This document shows, piece by piece, positions 1 through 16,124 of a stretch of 64,000 bases of DNA (position 1 is the stretch's first letter; each line of letters opens with the position of its first letter). Source of the stretch: Paraspadella gotoi (Eukaryota; Animalia; Chaetognatha); assembly GCA_051294375.1 (NCBI GenBank), contig CM119264.1, positions 8,067,051 to 8,131,050 on the forward strand, written 5' to 3'. The position numbers and the translations under genes are program-made. The notes beneath the pieces are model-generated. The model searched no databases. It was not told where the DNA came from and saw only the letters and a list, made by a program, of their open reading frames with translations.

Positions 1-62
1 TATTTATACATTTATTTTCATCAATTCATTAATTTTCTGACGAGGTTGGCAATCTCGTAAAA

Positions 63-2271
63 TCACGCTGGATGAACTTTGTTGATGCCGAAAGAAATTC
101 TTTGCACGAGACTCGGTTTTCGCTTTTTTTGCTCATCCTTTTTCTCGTCGGGCTTTCCCTGCTCGGGCAGCCCCTCGCCGGACAATCTCTGCTCGGGCAG
201 TCCCTCGTCGGATAACCCTTCATTGTTCATTTCCTCGTCGAATGATCTCCGTTGCACGCCCCCGACCGAATTCGATTCGAATTCTTTGAAATCGCCGACT
301 TCGTCGTCCAACTTTCCTCGTCCTCTTTTGGCCTCCTCTTCCTCAGCCTCCTCTTTCCTTTTCCTCGCCTCAACTCCCTTCGACGAGGAGCTCGAGCTTC
401 GGCGGGAGGAAGTCGAGGCCTTGGAGGATCGACGAGGAGCTACATAATTCGACGGTCGCTCAACGATTTCGCCTAACAGACTTTGATCTTTGATGGATGC
501 AGCGTCGTTGTTTTTGTCATTGTTGTTATTTCCCCCGACGGCGTCGCGGACGTCCTCGGAGTCCTTCAACGCTTCGTCAAAAACGCTCATCAAATTCGCG
601 ACGACTTCTTTGATTTCGCTCAAGGAACAAGGAAACTTCTGGACTTTTTTTAAAAAAGCAGAGGGAAGAAAATAACTTAAACATGTTTAATTGTTTACTT
701 TTATCACTTTCGCAAAAAAAAAAATTTAAGTTTATCTATATCTATTGATATTAATATTAAAAGTTTTAAATTTGCTATTCGTTTGTTAATTATTTCTAAC
801 CCCGCGTTTTCTCCTCTCGCCCTCGATTTCCTTCGACTTTCTCCTCCAGCTTCGACTCCATCTCATCTTGCGTCGCTTCGCGAATCAAATCCGTAACGAA
901 TGGTTCCACTTCCTCGATCGTCTCTCTCTGCCTTTGAAGTCGCTCTTTAAGCTGCTCGTCCGCTTCCGAATTTTCTTCATTCTTTGAATCTTCGACGTAT
1001 TCGTCGCTTCGGTCTTCAGTTCTCGTCGTTTCGCTTTCGTTAATTTTCCCTTCGTTATTTTCATCGTCCGACGGAATCGATTCGCTTTTTTTCTTTTCTC
1101 CTTCGTCTTCAGATTTGCTTTTCTCTTCAGTTTCAAATGCGCCAGATTTGCTTTCATCCTCATTAGTTGCTTCTGCAAAATAATCGCGAGCAACTCCTGC
1201 ATTTTCCGCCTTTCCTGAGATCTGGACTTTCTCAACTTCAATTTCGCCTTCGCCTTTACCCTCATCTTCGCCTTTGCCCTCGTCTACCATTTCGCCTCCG
1301 CCTCCTTTCAAATCCTCCATCGTCGCTTCTCTGATAAGATCAGCGACGAGATCGACGACGTGTCCCTGCACTTCGTTTCGATCCTCGCTCGGCTGCGACT
1401 GCGACTGCGGCTGCGGCGTGCAAACCTCGTCACGTGATTTAGCTTCTCCTTTCTCTCCTTCCTTCTCTTTTTCTTCCTCTCCTTCCTTTTCTTCTTCCTC
1501 TCCCTGCCTCTCTTCTTCTCCCTCCCTCTCTCCTCCCCCCGTGATCTCCGAAGTCTCGAAATCATCGTCGTACTCTCTGTCGTACTCTTCGTCGCCGATC
1601 GTCTCATCTCCCCGACGCGGCGGCGCCGCTTCCAGTTCTCTTCTAACTTCGGTCTCTTCGTTGTCCGACTCTCTCTTCCTCTCTCCCTCCTTGTCGTCGT
1701 CGTCGTCGTCGTCGTCGTCCTCTTCGACGATCGTTTCGATGATGTTAATGTCTATAACCGGGACATTAGCCATTGCTAAGTGTGTGGTTAGTATGGATGA
1801 GTAGTGTGCGTTCGGGAAAAATGTGTCAAAGCGAATGAAGCAAATTAAAAATGCCTTGAATTATCTTCTCGAATTACTGAGAAGTTTTTAACTCGACAAC
1901 GAGACATGTAGAAAACTCGACTTTCCAGTCCTCGTTCTTAATCCCCACCCAAACCCAAACTCACGGAGATCGCCGGCGTTGTCGTCGCCCTCGTCCGCCG
2001 TGGACGCGCGGGTGGAAGCAGAGGCGGGTCCTGCCGCTGGGGCGTCGCTGTCGGCGGCGGCGGCGTTCCTCGCGATCCTATTCTTGATGTCGGCCAAGGC
2101 TTTGCTGATCGCCACCGACGCCGCGGTGTCCTCGACGTTCTCAGCGTGACCAAGGGAAATCTCGAAGTCTCTGCCGCGAGTTGAGGTCGCCAAGTTTGGC
2201 TGGTGAAAGGAGAGGAGAGAGAGAGAGAGAGAGGAGAGGAGAGAGAGAGAAGGAGAGAGAGAGAGAGAGAG

Positions 2272-2308
<37 letters not shown>

Positions 2309-2723
2309 GAGAGAGAGAGAGAGAAAAACAGATTAAACCTCGACAAAAACTACATCGAAAATTAACGATAACCTCGACAAAAACTACATCGAAAATTAAC
2401 GATAACCAGGTCTTCCCCCCCTAAAAAAAAATAAAGAAAGGGAAATCTAGGAATGACAAAAACGACAACAATAACGATGACGACCTCACCGTACGATTGT
2501 GCGAGAAGAACTGAAGAGTTGAGTTGCCAAACTTCGTCTTCTGCTTCTGTCGACGCGTCGTACGATTCCTTCCCGTATTTGCAGCTCTTTTCATAGTTGG
2601 CCAGTTCAAGGTAGCACCTAACCATCATTACAAATACAATTGAAAATCAACAAACTGTGTAAAAGTTAAATCAGGCAACAGGTAGGATTTAGCCAAAGAT
2701 TTATATTTAACCCATCTCTCTCT

Positions 2724-2798
<75 letters not shown>

Positions 2799-3468
2799 GC
2801 TACTCACCTGCCGATCTCATGAGTCAGCCATGTCTTCTCCATGGGCGACTTGACCAGCGCCTCCTTTCCTGCCAGGAGGCGATGGCCTTTGAAAACTGAC
2901 CCAGTTTGGCGAAGCAGCGCCCCACGTTGTCAAGGGCGCGAGATTTGCTGTCGATGAGGCCGCTGAGTGGAAGTGGGGAGGGGTTAATAACGATGATGGT
3001 GATAACGATGACAATGAGGATTATTGTGAAGATGATGACATTGACAATAATTGTAATGACGAGGCCTCTTCCACTCACTGCTTGACGGCGATGTCGTAAT
3101 CCGTCTGATGATCTTTCAACGCCCGATCGTAACGACCCAACTCTAAGTAGGCCACGCCCATAAAGTTGTGAAGACTTCCAACGACCTACGGCGAAGAGGA
3201 AAGCATTATATTACGACAGCAACGGGCATTAAATGACCAGACTTAAGCGGCTCGACAACCTCGTGCTTGTTGGGGACGTCGGCTTCGGTCCAGTTGCGCG
3301 ATCCCGCCAAAACCTGTCGCGCCTTCGTCAACGATTCCTCGAAGTTGCCCTCCGCTTGGACTGAAGAACGAAAACGTGGGAATCCGGGAGGTTTTAGGGA
3401 CAGGGTCCATTTCTCTGTCTACTTTCAACTTTTTTTCATTTTTTAAAATTTGTTATTTACTATCATTT

Positions 3469-3556
<88 letters not shown>

Positions 3557-5211
3557 TTCTTCTTTCTTTCAATATTTCTTTCTTTCCTTCCTCGTACCTC
3601 ATGCACAATTGAGGAAAGTCCGATGAAAAAAAAAATTCATTCTTTTGTTCGGTCTTTCTCTCTCACTCCTCGTTCTCTTACTTACCCCTATCGATGTCTT
3701 CCAACGCGTGTTTGATGAACTTGTTCATCTCTGGCCCCTTCACTTTTCCCTGACCCTCCTTAGCCTCCAGCTTCTCCCGCTCGCGCGCGTACATCGGCTT
3801 CTGTTGTCGCCAAAATTCCGCGCGGGCGTCGAGGTAATCGAGGCATCCGTTGACGAGGGAGCGGATCTGCTCGTTGCAGGCCGAGGCGGGACTGTTGTCT
3901 GAAATAGACGGTTGGAGACGCGGGTCGGGTAAAGAGAGAGAGAGAGATAGGTAGATCCCCCCCCCCGAACTCACCCTCATCGTTCAAAAGCCTTTCCAAG
4001 TAAGCCTTGTCCGAGTAGAGTTCCCCCAGCAGCTGCTTGACGGTCTTCTCGGCGGCGGCGCCCTTTTTCGGCCGACGCAGACTCGCCGGCGATTCCCGGA
4101 GGGAGACGCGGCGGGGAGATTTCGTCGGCGACGAGGGCTGAGTCCTGGCCTGGAGTACAAAGGAAATGGAAATTTAATGTGTTACGGCTGTGACGTCGCT
4201 ATAACTTGCTATTGATGTAAATATACTTTGAAATAATTACAAATATAGAATGTGAAAGTTGCAAAATTACTTGTGTTATCAATGAATATAAATATGAATA
4301 TCACATGTCGGAAAGTTCAGAGTCTTTGGAGATTCCTCTTCACGATTCCGTCTCCATCACTTGTTTCACTATTTTAAATACATATATTTTTTTTTAAATA
4401 ATACATTAATCTAACAAGTATTAACTAAAAATATCAAACCATATATGATTATTAAATATATTTTTAAATTAAAAAGAATGTTAAATAAAAGACACAGAAC
4501 AACTGACCAACTGGACTTATCGAACTCATGATAACCAACTTCTCCGCCATCTCACTTTCGGCTTCGGCTCCTGTGCGTTAAAGAAACTCAGATCTCCCGC
4601 GGCCTCGAGTTTGATTTTCTCCGGACTCCCGACGCAGTTGTCGATCGCTTCCTGCGCCTTCTGAACGCCCAGGCGGAACTCCTCCAGCTCCGGGCGGAGG
4701 CGGTGACCTCGATGGTAGAAGACGAGGGCGAGCTCGAACTCGCCCATAGCGTAGAGTGCCTCCGCCTTTTGGTAGAGCCCCTTTTTTTGATGGGCGGCGG
4801 GTGTTCGGGAATTGGGTGAATCGAGTGAAATTGTGGGTAAAGATTTTAGGGGAAAAGAAGAAGCAAAAAGCGTTTCGGTACTTGGTTGGAAATTTTGACG
4901 ATCTATCGAAATCGAATTAGCGATATTATGAGATTATTGGTGTATCTTTTCTCTCTCTCTCTCTCTCTCTCTCCATCTCTCTCTCTCTCTCTCTCTCGTC
5001 TCTCTCTCTCCTCTCTCCTCTCCTCCTCTCTCTCTCTCTCTCTCACTTTGGTGAATTTCTTTTCCAGCTTCAACGCCGCTTCCGCGTCAGTCAGCGCTTT
5101 GTCCGGTTCGCCAGTTGAAGGTAACATTCGATCTCGCAACAAGGCAGTTTTTGTCGTCGTATTTGAGTACCAAAGCCTAACACCGAGAGAAGAGAGAGAA
5201 GAGAGAGAGAG

Positions 5212-5275
<64 letters not shown>

Positions 5276-5565
5276 GAGAGAGAAAGAGAAGAGTTGATAA
5301 AGAAAGTTAAAGTTAAAGAAAGATAAAAAGATAATAATAATCCTACAAGAAGATAAAAAAATTTTGTCTTTCGGAAAACTTAGATGATACAAAACTCTTT
5401 TGGTCAGGCGATAACAGTATTATTTCATAATCTGTCCCTCACAAAGTCTGCTCTCACCGTGGAAAAACTTTCCAGAGATTTCTTAAATTCTCCCTGACGA
5501 TAGAGTTTCTCTCCCTCCGCCTTGTGAGTCTCGAAAGACCCGACGTGGGCGTCGACCATCTCCAT
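63..5565 (-). CDS. ODAD4: Outer dynein arm docking complex subunit 4 (TPR protein TTC25) with a long Glu/Asp-rich C-terminal extension; multi-exon, with several apparent single-base indels
   Basis: Exon 1 MEMVDAHVGSFETHKAEGEKLYRQGEFKKSLESFST (ATG 5565). Later exons give KAEALYAMGEFELALVFYHRGHRLRPELEEFRLGVQKAQEAIDNCVG, KTVKQLLGELYSDKAYLE, YLDARAEFWRQQKPMYAR, SRALDNVGRCFAKLG and VWQLNSSVLLAQS, all hallmark TTC25 segments. The exon ending at 1964 splices in frame to the acidic ORF 796-1773. Joining to 63-623 needs one indel. Confidence 0.9.
2208..2325. repeat. (GA)n microsatellite in an ODAD4 intron, forming the pyrimidine tract on the sense strand
   Basis: Visible. Similar tracts occur at 2715-2795, 4950-5045, 5185-5290, 6456-6535, 11175-11315, 13022-13115, 19360-19392 and 22885-23050. 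Confidence 0.95.
3468..3570. repeat. (TTTC)n microsatellite
   Basis: Visible tetranucleotide run in an ODAD4 intron. Confidence 0.95.
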
Positions 5566-5767
5566 CGCAAAGTTTTACAAGTATTTATCGGTGTTTGTTA
5601 TTATTTATAGACATAACTGAACATAGATATTTTCAATAAATTCATGACCTCGTCAAAGGGAATGGGTCTTCTGCAACTCTAATTCTAATTTATACACTAG
5701 AAAATAGACATAGGCATCGATTCGATTCGTTGATTTTGATTTTTTTTCGTCGATAATCAGGGGGCCA

Positions 5768-6233
5768 GTGACCATGGAAAAGAGGGTGAGTGGGCGTGGC
5801 AAAGTGAAGCTTTTAACACGGATCGATTTAGAAGTCGCAGCTGCGTCGTTCGCGTCACGACTTGAAGCGCGACTACTTAAAAGAAAATGGAAAACGGAAA
5901 ATCAATTTGTTCGATTTTTAACCGAAATTTTCAGGAGGCCGTTAAATGTTAAGATTTTTTTTAAAGAGAAGCACTCGAAGGTTAATTTAATATTCGGCAT
6001 TTACGAAAAGATTCTTACATATAATTACTATTTAGCGATTTAGAAAGAAGTCTTACTCAAAATATTTAAATTAAATTTCGATTTGTTTTTGATCATACTG
6101 AACGAACAAAAATAAAAGAAGAAAATCAGTTCTCGCCTGCGAACTTATCCGTTCTTTCGTAACCAACGGCAACGAAAGGTAACGAAACTTGGATTTATCA
6201 AGTTGTAACACAGCGTTTGGTCGCCATGGACGC
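5768..6233. promoter_or_regulatory. Divergent promoter region with RFX X-box-like motifs
   Basis: GTGACCATGGAAAA (5768-5781), GTAACCAACGGCAAC (6159-6173) and GTCGCCATGGACGC (6220-6233) resemble the GTNRCC(N0-3)RGYAAC X-box. They lie upstream of a motile-cilium gene. Confidence 0.5.
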
Positions 6234-6349
6234 AATGTCGACGAACAAAAGCCTACGAAATTTGATCGTCATCTGTCGGATGGTTGAGGTGTAAGCGAGA
6301 GTTTTGAGGGATCTTTTGTTGTCGGCTGGAAGGTAGAATTAAAGAAGCG

Positions 6350-9152
6350 ATGAATAGCAGAAGATCAGTTAATGGGGAGCAGAAGAGGAAAATAAGGAAA
6401 GCAGTAGATGTAGAAAGTCCTTGGAACGGCCGGTGACGAGAAAATTAAAAATAGTCTCTCTCTCTCTCTCGGTCATCTCTCTCTCTCTCTCTCTCTCTCT
6501 CCTCTCCTCTCTTCTCTCTCTCTTCTCTCTCATCTCTTATCACTCCTGTACAGCAAGTTCAAGCGCAACCAGCGCCAGTTGTCGGAGACTATGAAATATC
6601 GCGTTAAACCCATCGAATGGCGATTAATAGGAAGGGGGATCGCATCTTTGCGGAAGCATCACCTCGACCGTGAAATGGTGAGGGTTTGTGGATTTTTCGC
6701 GACGATGAGACAATAGAGTTATAAACATATTTTATAATGATATTTACCCTTTAGATACTAAGAAGCCGTGGGATGATTGGAGCTGTCGCTTTTCAAAGAA
6801 AATTCTCTACCAGAGGTGAAAGAGAATAATGAATAATAAAAGAAAATGAAAAAGGATGAATATTTTGATTGGTTAAGTGACTGATGGGAATTGATCTGAG
6901 GATGATTGATAAAATGGTTTGTAGATAAACATTCTATAATGCGTTCTACCTCCAGCTCCATCGTCTATACCCTCTCCACCAACTCCGTCCGCTCGACTCC
7001 GTCGAATCCCCGATCTCGATTCCGTCGCCGAATCTCAACTGAATCCTCGACGCGACTACAAACAGTTCGTCGACGCCCTCGTCGGCCGCGACAATGATGG
7101 CCCATCGGCAGCGGAAACTTCCGCAGCGAATGGTCAGCAGAACGACGACCCGGCGCCCTCGCTTCCAACGTTCGCCGTAAAAAGCGCCGACGCTGGCGCC
7201 ACGGAGAATTGGATCCTCGCCGACGCCGCGAATCGAATCCGCATCGACGTCGCGGAATCGCAGATCGACTCCAGACGAGCCAAGGATCCCATTGAATTCC
7301 TCGACGAGATCCCAGCAGAAAACCTTGTTCCCAAGAGATCGTCGGCGTCCTCGGCATCGTTCAGAATCGTCACCGGAATGGCTCGTCAAAGGCGTCCTAG
7401 GATTCTGTCCTGGGCGACGATAGAATCGGCGGAAGCGGAAGTTACTCAGGAAGTGAAAGTTGAGACGGTGGCGGGGAGATCGTCATTGGAGGCGACGTCT
7501 CGGTCGAACTCATTGCCGTCACAAGTTTTAGTCTTGGAATCGGAGATACCATCAGAGTTAACCCCGACCGAGGATATTGTGGCCCCCGATATTCCGAAAT
7601 CGGAACCGTCGACCGCGACGTCAAAATTCGAGGATCTCTTTCCGGCGCCGAGAAAATCGCGGAGATTCGCGGATTGGGCATCGTTGGAGGCATCGTCTGA
7701 GATTACGCAAGAGACTATTGCCGAGACGACAGAACCTGCGTCGGTGACGAATAACTCGATAGAGACAGAGACATCATCCGTTCTTCCTGGAGCAAATGTT
7801 AAAAGAAACTCAAGACTGATGTGTTTGAAAGACCTGGAGACCTCTTCGGAGGTGTTGTCATCGTCCAAGTTAGAAGCCGCGCTTGTTTCGATCCAGACCG
7901 ACGCTAATGATTGCGAAAATACGGCGAAAAATGCGTCGCTGATCGACGAAGCTTTTGACGGAAGAAAATCTAAGATCTCAAGAATGACGTTGAAAGATTT
8001 GGAGGCCTCTTCGGAGGCAAAATGGTCGAAGACGGCGTCTAAGCCTTCGTCCAGGATGAGTTTGAGAGAGTTGGAAATTTGGTCGATGACACAACAGTCG
8101 ATCGCTTCTTCGATTGAAACCGCGGCTGAAAGTTCCGTGGCTGACGAAGCAGCAGTAGCGGCGGAAGAATCGAACGCAGCCGTAGATAGAGAAAACGATT
8201 TGCGGGCCGAAACGTCGATGACTGCGGTGGACGAGGGTCTGTGGCCCGCGCGCGTGAAGCACGGGCGAATAGGACTAAAGGTGGAACGAAATCGAGGCTG
8301 AGGCGGAGGGCGAGGAGCTTGAAGGACGCGAAATTGCCGGCGTGCAAGTAAAGAAAAAAATTTTGGTCCTGGCAAAAACGGAGACGACTGAGCCAGAGAG
8401 TTTCGTCACACCGATGGGCTTGGCGGATAACAAACCGGATGTTGATCGCGAAAGAGTCGACGGAGCGTCGAAGCCGGAGTTCGCGAATGAAGCGCCGCCA
8501 GCGGTGGAATAGAATCAAGGTCCCCGACGAAAGCGAAACTCACGACTCTTTGCGGCAAGGAGGGTTACCTATGTGGAGGACCGATGTGCTTCGATCTCTT
8601 CCTAGAATCTCAATTCCTTTCCGACGATTTCCGCAAGCTGATTCCCCAGTCACTTCTGCTTCCGATATCTCCGCCGCTGCGGCTGTCGACGCTGCCGCCA
8701 CTATCCCGCCGCAGCTACCGTTGACGCCGCGTCTGCTCCGATAGAAAAGACGGAGAAAATGACTGCGGACGTCGGCCAAGATCTCATTACCTCTGGAACC
8801 CATCGTCCGAAAAAACAATTACTGGCTCATAATGTTAAACATCTTGATCAAGACTTTCGGACTTAAACCGGAGGTTAGTGTGGGTCCTTTTACGAGGCTG
8901 TTGTTATATTCATTGTTACTGATAAAAAAATTTATGAACGCCAACTTTAACTCATCTTCTAAACAAGATGCTTCCTAAATCGTTGCGCCATCCGCCGGAG
9001 GATCAAACTCTCGCCTCCGAGGAAAATCGATCCAAACAAAACGAAAAGGCGGGAAACTCCTCGGCGAATGCGGAAAAGGTAAGGGTGAAGTAGAAAATAA
9101 AAATGATGAAATAGTGCAGTAGGATGATTCACGTCGAATTTTTTAAAGGAAT

Positions 9153-9183
<31 letters not shown>

Positions 9184-9250
9184 CAAAATCAAGCAATCAA
9201 ATCCTTCCGCCTCCAGTTCGTTTCGAGGAAAGACGAAGCGTCGAAAATAA
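6350..9250 (+). CDS. Uncharacterised low-complexity Ser/Glu/Ala-rich protein, multi-exon, with frameshifts in 8.2-8.9 kb (assembly error or decay)
   Basis: Candidate ATG at 6350 and GT-AG-bounded exons at ~6554-6677 and ~6755-6814. A long open frame runs ~6956-8301, coding-like sequence continues across frames to ~8873, and terminal exons lie at ~8968-9078 and ~9150-9250. Phases of the first exons do not reconcile without an indel. No recognisable domain. Confidence 0.5.
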
Positions 9251-9726
9251 GCGAGAAAATTATTACAAAACTTTCGTCGACAATGTGAAGGAAGAATGAA
9301 GAAATGACGGGTGTCGTTTATTTATTTCATTTTTCATTAATCGTTAAATTTTCAATTTTCTTTTGGCGTATATGAGATTGAAAATAAATCGAGAGTTACT
9401 ATTTAGATTATTTTATTAATAAAAATACTGTTACAACGAAGTGTTTTTTTAAATATCTTTTCATCAACTGTGAACTGTGAACAATGCAATCATTTTTTAA
9501 TAAATATTAAATATGGTATAGTGAGCGATGTGGAGGTATTAGGTTCGTTGTGGGGCAAAATAGCTATAGCGTCCTATCATTATATTCGGAACTCTATGAA
9601 TTCTTCGTCAGCCCTTTTGAGCCCATTGCACAATGCCCAATTGCAAAAAGCACCTTATCTCGCTCGGCCTCTCCACAGAAAAAGACCTCCAATACTGCCA
9701 CAGATCCTCCTAAATCAATGTCATAC

Positions 9727-14740
<5,014 letters not shown>

Positions 14741-16124
14741 GATCCATATATCGTTTCTTTTTTCTTTTCACTATGTCACGATACAATTTTGGCCAAGTTC
14801 GGACCGAAGTTCAACGAGGTCATTGATCTTATTTTTGACAAAGATCAATTTTTTTCGTTTGGTTCATGCCAAAAGCCCAAAATAAATACTAATTGTTTCT
14901 CAAAAAAAAAAAAAACTTGATCGTCCGGTAAAAATTACATTTGTCGTCGTCAAAAATAAACTTACAAACCTAAATTTTTTTTTTTTTTGTCTGGGAAAAC
15001 AAAACATTCCTTGGTCGCGTTTCCCTCGTCAACAGGTTTATCGTCGGAATTTCGTGCCAGAGGACGAAAATTAAAATTTCTTTTTCATCCCTCTCCATTC
15101 TCGCTCTCGCTCTCGCCTTCGTCTTCTCTCTTTCTCTATCGTGTCTTTCCTTCTCATGGGTAGAAAATAAAGCGAATGCACGCAAGGTGGATTCAATTTA
15201 ACTTTCATTTTTTTTTTTTAGCCACTAAAAAAAATGGGTCAAAGGGAGACAGAGGGATAGGGAAAGACAGAGAGAGAGCTACATTTTTGCTGTCTAATTA
15301 CATATAATTTTTTAAAGAATTTGTAGTCGGGCATTGGCTACGAATTTCAGATAGTAATTGATCAATAAAACATCTGTAAGATAAAAAAACAGAATCAACG
15401 AAACGATTAATGTAATATACTAATAAAGAAAAATCAGTGGTAACAATAACGACAGTGAAAGGTTTATTGTTTAATCTTGTTGTTCATTGCTCATGTTGTG
15501 TCATCCATAGTTATTCCCAGATAAACATCTCTCGAAAACTAGACAATCAGTGATTTCATTGCATAGTTTTCATTTATTTCAGATTTTGTTGATATCGTTG
15601 AAATTGGAATAACAATAGGCAAACTAACATTTCGATTTTGCTAAAACCGTCCCTTGCTAGCATCATTAATTGGCAAAATCATGAAAAGAAAAAATACAAT
15701 TTGACCGGCTCATTATTGAAAAGATGGCGATCAAGTATTGAAGAAAAGTAAAAATTAAAATATCTTTAATAAATTATTCAGTTTTATTATCGTTTATTAC
15801 AGATAAAGTATTATTACAGATAAAGTAGGTTAAAAAGTTTTCGACGCGACTTATTAAATATTCAAAACTCCAATGTTTCATATGGACAATACTAATAGTA
15901 ATATTCAAATTTGAATGCGATAATAATACAATAAATAATTTGAGAATAGACACGGAGCGTTCCAAACTACGAAGTGGGCTGTAAATGCAGCCTTTAAATT
16001 TTTGTAATCACGTTATTAACGAAATACACATAATACAGCAGCACAAAAGAAGCAGCAGAAAAAAATTATAATAATATTAGGTTCGTTATCCAAAGTACAC
16101 ATTAGGATCCTTTCTATACATGTC

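Noticed and set aside
2335-2408. 35-bp direct tandem duplication in an ODAD4 intron
   Set aside because: Two copies only. It is ordinary slippage or an assembly artefact.
7446-8375. 309-aa minus-strand ORF, and similarly 1274-1804 (+) and 61614-62360 (-)
   Set aside because: Antisense shadows of GC-balanced coding exons, with no splice or motif support.
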